NCBI GenBank assembly: GCA_963755375.1
Contig: CAVWKG010000016.1
Location: 2,617,772-2,681,771, forward strand
From: an uncultured Acidimicrobiaceae bacterium
GTDB taxonomy: Bacteria; Actinomycetota; Acidimicrobiia; Acidimicrobiales; RAAP-2
Direction of reading: 5' to 3'
Length of the DNA stretch: 64,000 nucleotides
Part shown: piece after piece, positions 8,995-16,344 of the stretch
Position numbering within the stretch: the first letter of the stretch is position 1
Layout: the number at the start of each line of letters is the position of its first letter
The notes under the pieces: model-generated
What the model saw: the letters and a program-made list of their open reading frames with translations, nothing else
What the model was told of the DNA's origin: nothing
Databases searched by the model: none
Program-made: the position numbers and the translations under genes

Positions 8995-10269
8995 CTACAG
9001 GTCGAAGAGGATGTGCAGCGCCTCGACGAGCCGTTCGCCCCGCGGTGTCCCCGCTGTCTCCTTCAAGAGCATGGTCGGCTCGTGCAGCATCTTGGCCAGG
9101 GCGGCCCGCGTGGCCGCATCCACGTGGTCCCACTCCTCCTCGCTCAGGTCGGCCAGCTGCGCCCGGTGCCGCTCCAGCTCGGCCACGCGCAGTGTCTCGA
9201 GACGGGACCGCAGCGACGCGATGATCGGGGCGGCGCCGCGCTGGCGACTGGCGCTGCGATAGCGGTCGACCTCGTCGGCAACGATGCCGCGGGCGGCCAT
9301 CGACTCCTCCTCGCGATCACCCAGGGCTCGGGCCACCGAGACGCTGAGGGTGTCCATGTCGAGCAGCGTGACGCCGTCGAGTGCGGCCACGCCGGGATCG
9401 ACGTTGCGCGGCACCCCGAGGTCGATCACGAGCAGGGAGTCGGTGACGCGGGCGAAGTCCGTTGCACTCAGCACATGGGAATCGGCGGCCACGGCAGTCA
9501 AGACGACGTCCGCCTGGGCCAGCTCGGCGGCCACCTGCTCGAGTGAAGCCGCCCGCATCTCGAACGGTCCCGTCTCCGTCTGGCGCACCAGGTCCCGCGC
9601 TCGTGCCGCAGACCGGTTGACCACCACGACCCGTTGGGGGGCGTCGGCCGGCGCGATGTCCGACAGGGCGCGACACACGCCGAGACCCATGTCACCGGCG
9701 CCGACGACCACGACGCGGGCGCCGCGCAACCCGGCTTGGTCATCGCCCCGGGCGACCGTCACCGCGGCGTAGGCGAACGACGTCGTTCCCTTGCTGATCC
9801 CGGTCTCGGTGCGCACCCGCTTGCCCGTCTGCAGCGCGTGACGGAAGAGCGCAGAGAGGACGGGGCCGCACGTGCCCTCTTCCTGGGCCCGCTCGAAGGC
9901 CCGGCGCACCTGGCCCACCACCTCGGTCTCCCCGGTCACCACCGACTCGAGGCCCGAGGTCACCGAGAACAGATGGGAGGTGACGTCGTCATCGAAGCGG
10001 ATGGTGGCGTGCGCCGAAAGCTCCTCCACCGAGAGGTGCGAATGCTCCGAAAGGACGTCGTAGATCTCCGCCACGGCGTCGTGGAAGCGGTCGACCACCG
10101 CGTACACCTCGGTCCGCAGGCAGGTCGACAGGACGACCGCCTCCTCGACGTTGCGACGGTGGTTCAGCGCGCGAAGGGTCTTGTACAGGTCGGCGTCGGA
10201 GACGGCCGCGGCCTCGAGCAGCGGCAACGGCGCCTGCGTGTGCTGGAGCCCTATGACGACGACGGACAC
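8995..10269 (-). CDS. hemA: Glutamyl-tRNA reductase
   Basis: LSTCLRTEVYAV (catalytic Cys region) and the NADPH-binding VVVVGAGDMG. I prefer GTG 10269, which has GGAAGG 8 nt upstream, over the TTG at 10296. Confidence 0.9.
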   Translation of the reverse strand: MSVVVIGLQHTQAPLPLLEAAAVSDADLYKTLRALNHRRNVEEAVVLSTCLRTEVYAVVDRFHDAVAEIYDVLSEHSHLSVEELSAHATIRFDDDVTSHLFSVTSGLESVVTGETEVVGQVRRAFERAQEEGTCGPVLSALFRHALQTGKRVRTETGISKGTTSFAYAAVTVARGDDQAGLRGARVVVVGAGDMGLGVCRALSDIAPADAPQRVVVVNRSAARARDLVRQTETGPFEMRAASLEQVAAELAQADVVLTAVAADSHVLSATDFARVTDSLLVIDLGVPRNVDPGVAALDGVTLLDMDTLSVSVARALGDREEESMAARGIVADEVDRYRSASRQRGAAPIIASLRSRLETLRVAELERHRAQLADLSEEEWDHVDAATRAALAKMLHEPTMLLKETAGTPRGERLVEALHILFDL

Positions 10270-10356
10270 TCGGTTCCTTCCTGGGTCGGCACACAATTGT
10301 GCCTGTCCCGCCCTACAGCCTGCCAGTCGCCGGTGGGTCGCCCGGCCGTCAGGCCA

Positions 10357-11112
10357 CTACGGACGCTGCGAGAGCCCCACGGACCGCATCATGGGGACAT
10401 CGGGCCCGGGCTCCTCCTCGCGGGTCCGGTAGAACCCTAGGACCTGCAGCTCGATGGAGAGGTCCACGTAACGGAGGTGGACCGTGGGCGGGACGGTGAG
10501 GACCCGGGGAGCGAAGTTGAGCAACGAGGTCACCCCGGCCCGCACCAGCAGGTCGGCCACCCCCTGGGCGGCCCAGCCGGGTGTGGTGATCACACCGATG
10601 TGCGGGCGCTCGGTGGTGCGCAGCGTGGCGATCTCGTCCATGTGGCGCACCCGCATGCCCCGGATCTCCTCGCCCACCACCGCCGGGTCGACGTCATAGA
10701 GCGAGGTGACCTGGCAGCCCCGCGACGCGAACCCGGCCGAGTTCGTGAGAGCGCGGCCCAGGTTGCCGATGCCCACCATGGCCACCGACCAGTTCTCGTC
10801 CACGCCGAGGGCACGGTCGATCTGTGCGATGAGGAATTCGGGGTCGTAGCCCGAGCCCCGGGTGCCGAACGATCCCAGCAGCGACAGGTCCTTGCGCACC
10901 TTGGACGCGTTGACACGGGCCAGATGGGCGAGCTGCTCCGACGAGACCGTCCGGGAACCGGCGCGCACCAGCTCGGCCAGGATGCGCTGGTAGATGGGCA
11001 GGCGCAGGACGGTGGCCTCGGGGATCCGCCTGGGCGCCGCAGCCACCTCCGAACTGCGTTGCTCGTCGCTCACTGCACGGGATGGTACCGAGGCGGCTCC
11101 CCGCGGCACCAA
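10357..11112 (-). CDS. rex: Redox-sensing transcriptional repressor Rex
   Basis: Winged-helix region IPEATVLRLPIYQRIL...SSEQLA...KVRKDLS and Rossmann motif VAMVGIGNLGRAL. It lies upstream of hemACD, as in the Streptomyces rex-hem operon. The start may instead be GTG 11073. Confidence 0.9.
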   Translation of the reverse strand: MVPRGAASVPSRAVSDEQRSSEVAAAPRRIPEATVLRLPIYQRILAELVRAGSRTVSSEQLAHLARVNASKVRKDLSLLGSFGTRGSGYDPEFLIAQIDRALGVDENWSVAMVGIGNLGRALTNSAGFASRGCQVTSLYDVDPAVVGEEIRGMRVRHMDEIATLRTTERPHIGVITTPGWAAQGVADLLVRAGVTSLLNFAPRVLTVPPTVHLRYVDLSIELQVLGFYRTREEEPGPDVPMMRSVGLSQRP

Positions 11113-11130
11113 ACCGCCCCGAAGCCGCCC

Positions 11131-12027
11131 TCACCAGGCCAGGACGAGCAGCTCCCCTGCGACGACGTTGAGCCAGCGCGCGGCCGACGACTCGCCGGCC
11201 ACCACGGCCAGATGCCCGTTGGCGTCGACAACGAGCCCGAACTCCCCTTGCTCGAGCTCGCCGAACGCATCGACGCAGCGCAGCTGTACGCCGTCGGGGA
11301 CGAGCGAGTGCGGCAACCCGTCGGGATCCGCGCGTCCCGACTCGACGCGGGCCGCCAGCTCGACGCACCCGGTCATGGGGATCCCGGCCACACGGGCATC
11401 GGCCACAGTCGCCGCCAGTTGCAGGTTGCCGAAGCGGTCGACCCAGGTGACCTCGGTGCGCAGGCAGATGCGGCCGTCGTGCAGACGGCCCTCCTCGACC
11501 ACGCCCCCGATGAGGCGCACCAGCGACGCCGGGTCGATCAGCTCCCCGAGTTCCTCGAGCGCCGAGCCGGCGCAGAGTGCCGCGGCCGCAGGGGCGAACA
11601 GATCGCGCCCGTCGAAGGTCGAGCCCCGGTCGGGCGGCACCGGGTGGCGCGCCAGCTGCACCAGCCGGGTGACTGGTGCCTCCCCCGCGGCCTCGGCCGC
11701 AGCCACGAGCAGTCCATTGTCGGGTCCGACGAACGACAAGGACCCGCCCGAGGGCAACTCGACACGGAGGCCGAGGCCGCGGCGCGCGGTGCCGACGCCG
11801 GGGTCCACGACGGCGAGCACCACACCAGGTCCGAGGTGCGGCACCGCCCGCACCAACGTGTGACTCCCGGCCCGCACGTCGAAGGGCGGAATGTGATGGG
11901 TCAGGTCGATGACGGTCGTCCCTGGAGCACGCGCCGCGATCACCGCGTGGACCACGCCGGCGAACTCGTCCTCCGTGCCGAAATCGGAGAGGAAGAAGAC
12001 GGTGCGCGGGGGGTCACTCGTCATCAC
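11131..12027 (-). CDS. SAM hydroxide adenosyltransferase family protein (DUF62, fluorinase/chlorinase-like fold)
   Basis: FFLSDFGTEDEFAGVVHAVI...IDLTHHIPPFDV...VVDPGVGT matches the family signature. Confidence 0.8.
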   Translation of the reverse strand: MMTSDPPRTVFFLSDFGTEDEFAGVVHAVIAARAPGTTVIDLTHHIPPFDVRAGSHTLVRAVPHLGPGVVLAVVDPGVGTARRGLGLRVELPSGGSLSFVGPDNGLLVAAAEAAGEAPVTRLVQLARHPVPPDRGSTFDGRDLFAPAAAALCAGSALEELGELIDPASLVRLIGGVVEEGRLHDGRICLRTEVTWVDRFGNLQLAATVADARVAGIPMTGCVELAARVESGRADPDGLPHSLVPDGVQLRCVDAFGELEQGEFGLVVDANGHLAVVAGESSAARWLNVVAGELLVLAW

Positions 12028-12033
12028 TGGCGC

Positions 12034-12849
12034 TCAGCGCTGCAGGTTGCGCGATCGTTCGGTGGCGGCCGCGACCGCCTCCATGAAGGCCGAACGCACG
12101 GCGCGGGCCTCCAGCGTGCGGACACCCGCCGCCGTCGTGCCCGCCGGGGAGGTGACCATGGCGCGCAGCGCCTCGGGGTCGCGGCCCGTCTCGTGCAGGA
12201 GGGCGGCCGAGCCGTGCATCGTCTCGACCACGAGGGTCCGGCTCACCTCGCGGGTGAGGCCCATCTGGACGCCCGCCTCCACGAGGGCCTCGGCGACGAG
12301 GAAGAAGTAGGCCGGACCCGATCCCGAGAGCCCGGTCACCGCATCGAGCTGGCGCTCGGGCAGCCGCACGACCGTCCCGACCGCCGACAGCACCTCTTCG
12401 GCCCAGGCCAGGTCGCGCGAGGAGGCGAAGGACCCGCCCGAGATCGCCGTCACCCCGGCACCGACGAGGGCGGGAGTGTTGGGCATGGCCCGCACCACTG
12501 CGGGCTCGCCACCGAGCGCGGCCTCCAGGCGGGCGCACGGGACGCCCGCCACGATGGAGAGCACCCGGGTCACCCCGGTACCCCCGAGGGAGCGGCAGGC
12601 CCCTTCGGCCACGTCGGGTTTCACCGCCAGCACGGCCCCGGCGATGCGCTCGCCGCCGGCACCCAGGACGCCGGCCTCGGGGGCGGCGAGGGTGCGGACC
12701 CCCGGGAACTCCGCGGCCAGCTCCTCCCGGCGTTCGGCCTCCGGCTCCACCACGATCAGTTCGGCCGCGGCGGCCCACCCCGACCGGAGCAAGCCCCCGA
12801 GAAGGGCGCCGCCCATCTTCCCGCCGCCGACAATGAGCAGGTTCGACAC
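12034..12849 (-). CDS. proC: Pyrroline-5-carboxylate reductase
   Basis: N-terminal Rossmann motif LLIVGGGKMGGALLGGL and C-terminal SPAGTTAAGV motif. Confidence 0.9.
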   Translation of the reverse strand: MSNLLIVGGGKMGGALLGGLLRSGWAAAAELIVVEPEAERREELAAEFPGVRTLAAPEAGVLGAGGERIAGAVLAVKPDVAEGACRSLGGTGVTRVLSIVAGVPCARLEAALGGEPAVVRAMPNTPALVGAGVTAISGGSFASSRDLAWAEEVLSAVGTVVRLPERQLDAVTGLSGSGPAYFFLVAEALVEAGVQMGLTREVSRTLVVETMHGSAALLHETGRDPEALRAMVTSPAGTTAAGVRTLEARAVRSAFMEAVAAATERSRNLQR

Positions 12850-12955
12850 GAGCGCGACGATACCGAGCGCGGGGGCCGCGCGTTTTCGAGCCGCGCCGCA
12901 CCGGGTGCGTGTCCCGGCCCACCGAGCGCACCCCGCCCGAGGGAGCAGACCCGCG

Positions 12956-13447
12956 TCAGCGGCGGGGCCGCCGGCGGTAGGTCGAGGGATGGGCCATGGT
13001 CATGGCCGTCGGGAAGTGCTCGTCGGTGTAGAGGACGGACGAGCCGGCAATGCGGTCGAGCTCGTCGTCGTCGACCTGGCGTGCGGGCACCCGGCCCATC
13101 AGGTACACGGCGTCCTCGGGTCCGAGGGCGAACCACATGCCGAAGAGGTGGGCGTTGCGGCGCAGCAGGTAGGCGAAGACGTCGGCCTGGTTGGTCTCCG
13201 GCGCCGGCATGAACTGGGCCTCGAAGTGCAGTGTGCGCTGCTTGAGCGTGAACCACACCGTGATGAAGTCCTTCTCGTCACCCTTGAAGCGCAGGTACCA
13301 GCGGTACGAGGCCGTCCGGTCCGTCACCTCCTGGCGTTCGGCCGCCACGAGAAAGCCACCGACGGCCAGCTCCCGCTCCGCCCACGCGTCGATACAGGCC
13401 ACCGCCGCCGCCATCTCCTCGTCGGCGGGGAGGTCGACGATCGGCAC
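12956..13447 (-). CDS. YbjN domain-containing protein
   Basis: 163 aa. The sequence (WYLRFKGDEKDFITVWFTLKQRTLHFEA...) and its position directly downstream of mshA resemble the conserved actinobacterial mshA neighbour. Confidence 0.6.
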   Translation of the reverse strand: MPIVDLPADEEMAAAVACIDAWAERELAVGGFLVAAERQEVTDRTASYRWYLRFKGDEKDFITVWFTLKQRTLHFEAQFMPAPETNQADVFAYLLRRNAHLFGMWFALGPEDAVYLMGRVPARQVDDDELDRIAGSSVLYTDEHFPTAMTMAHPSTYRRRPRR

Positions 13448-13474
13448 GGCTCGGGTCGAGCTCGGCGCGCGTGC

Positions 13475-14732
13475 TCAGCTGCACTCGACGAGGCGGCCCG
13501 AGGCCAGCTCGTCGTGCAGCTCGACCAACGTACGGGCGGCGGCGCGCCAGGTATAGCGGCGAGCCCGCAGCACCGAGGCGGTGGAGAGCCGCTCGGCCGC
13601 CAGCGGCTCGTCGAAGACCTTGCGCACGGCAGTGGCGTAGGCCACGGGGTCGGGTTCGTCCACCAGATAGCCGGTGTGCCCGTGGTCGATCAGCGTGGTC
13701 AGTCCACCGACGGCCGAGGCGACGACCGGCGTCCCGCACGCGGCCGCCTCCAGCGCCACCAGCCCGAACGACTCGGAGCGGCTGGGGACGATGCACACGT
13801 CGGCGGCCCGGTAGTACGACGAGAGCAGCTCGTGGGGCTGGGGCGCAATGAAGTGGACGTGATCGCGCACGCCGCGGGCGTCGGCCACGTCGTGCAGACT
13901 CTCCAGCGACTTCTCCCCGTGGGGCCCGCTCGGACCGCCGACGACGACGAGGCGGGCGGGCTCGCCCCCGCTCTCGCGCAACTCAGCGAGGGTCTCGATG
14001 GCGGCGTCGGCGCACTTGAGCGGCTGGATCCTCCCGACGAAGAGCAGGAGCCGCCCATCGAGCGGCAGCCCGAGGGCGCGGTCGGGCCTGGGGACGGTGG
14101 CCGGGGCCGAAGAACGCATGGTCCACGCCGGGAGGCACGATACGGATGCGCCCGGGATCGCCGCCGTAGAGCGACGCGATCTGGTCCGCCTCGACGGTGC
14201 AGGAGGCCAGCACGGCGTCGGAGCAGTCGATGATGGACGCCTCGGCCTCCGCCCTGCGGTGGGGCATGTCGGCCTCGACCTCTTCGGGCATCGACTCCGC
14301 CTTGACGCGGTCGAGGGTGTGAAAGGTGCAGACGAGCGGCAGATTGCGCTCGTGCTTGATCACGTGCCCGGAGAGCCCCGACAGCCAGTAGTTGGCGTGC
14401 ACCGAGGTGTAGGGCAGCGCGCCGGCCTCCGGCGCGGCGGCCATGCGTTCGAGCACGCCAGCCGTGAACTCGTCGACCACGGCGGGCAGGGATTCCTTCG
14501 GCAGAGCTCGGAGCGGGCCGGCAGGGACATGGTGGACCCGCAGGCCGGGCTCGACGTCGACCACGGGCGGCAGATCAGGCGACCAGGCCCTGGTGAACAC
14601 GTCACAGGCCACGTCCGAGCGGGCCAGAGCGGAAGTCAGCTCCCGGACGTAGACGTTCATGCCGCCGCCGTCCCCCGTGCCTGGCTGGGCCAGGGGGGAC
14701 GTGTGGAGGGAAAGGACGGCGAGCCGGCGCAT
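13475..14732 (-). pseudogene. mshA: D-inositol-3-phosphate glycosyltransferase MshA, reading frame broken by an apparent 1-nt frameshift near 14078-14096
   Basis: ORF 13983..14732 carries the N-terminal half (LSLHTSPLAQPGTGDGGGMNVYV...IVPPGVDHAFFGPG). ORF 13475..14119, in another frame, carries the C-terminal half ([23 protein letters not shown]...PSRSESFGLVALEAAACGTPVV). Joined, they give ~417 aa. Confidence 0.8.
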
Positions 14733-14796
14733 GGCGCTCAGAGCCTACCGGTGGCCCCGAAAACCGCTCCGGCCAGGCCTCCGGAGCGCTGCGGGC

Positions 14797-15210
14797 TCAA
14801 GCCGTCGTGACACGCTCGGCCGGCCCGGTTGGGTCCGGCGATTCCTGCTCGCCCCGCTCCTCCGTGTGTTCGCGCCGGAACGAGAGGTAGATCCGGACGA
14901 GGGCCTGCTTCTGCTCCTCGCTGATCGACTGGTCGGCCATGATCGCCCGCGTCAGGTCGGGCGTCCCCGACGGTGCCTCGAGGATCCCCGCCTGCACGTA
15001 GAGCGTCTCGGCGGAGATCCGCAGCGCCTTGGCGATCTGCTGGAGGATCTCGGCTGACGGCCGGCGTAGGCCGCGCTCGATCTGGCTCAGGTACGGATTG
15101 GAGATCCCGGCCAGCTCGGACAGGCGCCGCAGCGACAGCCGGGCTGATCCCCGCTGCTCACGGATGAAGGACCCCAGATCGAGCCAGCGGTCTTTCGGGT
15201 CCGTGCTCAC
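14797..15210 (-). CDS. XRE-family helix-turn-helix transcriptional regulator
   Basis: HTH motif [28 protein letters not shown]. Start set to GTG 15210. Divergent from sodA. Confidence 0.75.
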   Translation of the reverse strand: MSTDPKDRWLDLGSFIREQRGSARLSLRRLSELAGISNPYLSQIERGLRRPSAEILQQIAKALRISAETLYVQAGILEAPSGTPDLTRAIMADQSISEEQKQALVRIYLSFRREHTEERGEQESPDPTGPAERVTTA

Positions 15211-15374
15211 TCTTGCAAGCGTACCGCCGGACCGGTCGCGCCGGGGTTGCCGGGCCGACCCGCGGCAGCGGCGGGCGCGGTCGTCCGGGGGTTGAATCCC
15301 CGGTTGGGATCTGGCCCCCTTCGGGTATGGTCCAGCACGCAGCAGCACGACGACCACGACCGAGGAGATCCGCC

Positions 15375-15989
15375 ATGGCCGACTACAGCCTCCCCGACCT
15401 GCCGTACGACTACGCCGCCCTGGAGCCTCACGTGTCGGCCCAGATCATGGAACTGCATCACGACAAGCACCACGCCGCCTACGTCACGGGGGCCAACCAG
15501 ACGCTCGAGAAGCTGGCCGCCGCACGCGACAAGGACGACTTCGGCGCCATCGTGGGGCTCGAGAAGACGCTGGCCTTCCACATCTCCGGCCACGTGCTCC
15601 ACTCCATCTTCTGGAAGAACCAGAGTCCCGACGGTGGCGACAAGCCCGACGGCGCACTCGGATCGGCCATCGACGAGAACTTCGGCTCCTTCGACAAGTT
15701 CAAGGCGCAGTTCACCCAGGCCACCTCCACGATCCAGGGCTCGGGCTGGGGAGTGCTGGCCTACGAGCCCCTCGCCGGACGCCTCATCGTGGAGCAGGTC
15801 TACGACCACCAGAGCAGTGTCGGCCAGAGCTCGGTCCCCCTCCTCGTCTTCGACGCCTGGGAGCACGCCTTCTACCTGCAGTACAAGAACGTGAAGGCGG
15901 ACTTCTTCGCCGCCTTGTGGAACGTCGTCAACTGGCCCGATGTGGCGGGTCGCCTCGACGCCGCCAAGAAGCTCACGATCCCCGGCTGA
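15375..15989 (+). CDS. sodA: Fe/Mn superoxide dismutase
   Basis: [30 protein letters not shown] and [13 protein letters not shown] metal-ligand motifs. GAGGAG RBS at 15362-15367 and ATG at 15375. Confidence 0.95.
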   Translation: MADYSLPDLPYDYAALEPHVSAQIMELHHDKHHAAYVTGANQTLEKLAAARDKDDFGAIVGLEKTLAFHISGHVLHSIFWKNQSPDGGDKPDGALGSAIDENFGSFDKFKAQFTQATSTIQGSGWGVLAYEPLAGRLIVEQVYDHQSSVGQSSVPLLVFDAWEHAFYLQYKNVKADFFAALWNVVNWPDVAGRLDAAKKLTIPG

Positions 15990-16061
15990 CGGCTCGGGCC
16001 CCGGGCCGGGTGTCCCGCGCGGTGGGCTCCCCGAAGCGCGTGGCCCGGTGAGCAGGGCCGC

Positions 16062-16250
16062 TCAGGCCAGGGTCAGGTGCTGCTCGCACAGGCGCCGGGT
16101 CGGATCACGCTCGAGGTCGGCGTGCAGGACGGGCGCTCCGCAGGTCTCGCACTGCCCGTAGGTGCCCTCGCTGAGGCGCTCCAGCGCCCGGTCGACGCCG
16201 TCGAGGACGGTTGCGGCCCGGGTCAGTTCGGATTCGTAGCGCTCCTCCAT
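16062..16250 (-). CDS. TraR/DksA-family C4-type zinc finger protein (62 aa)
   Basis: MEERYESELTRAATVLDGVDRALERLSEGTYGQCETCGAPV...RRLCEQH has the CxxC-N17-C arrangement typical of DksA/TraR zinc fingers. ATG at 16250. Confidence 0.7.
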   Translation of the reverse strand: MEERYESELTRAATVLDGVDRALERLSEGTYGQCETCGAPVLHADLERDPTRRLCEQHLTLA

Positions 16251-16344
16251 GGTCGTGCAGGGTAGCGTCGGAGTCAGGCCCGGCGGGGACGAACCACCGA
16301 CAAGGCAGAGTCCCAGCTTGTGTAGGGGTTGCGGCGCCGGGCGT

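Noticed and set aside
15285-15303. tRNA T-arm-like hairpin ccgggg-GTTGAAT-ccccgg in the XRE/sodA divergent region.
   Set aside because: The loop lacks the canonical TTCRANY sequence. No acceptor, D or anticodon arms could be built around it. It is more likely a simple leader or promoter-region hairpin.
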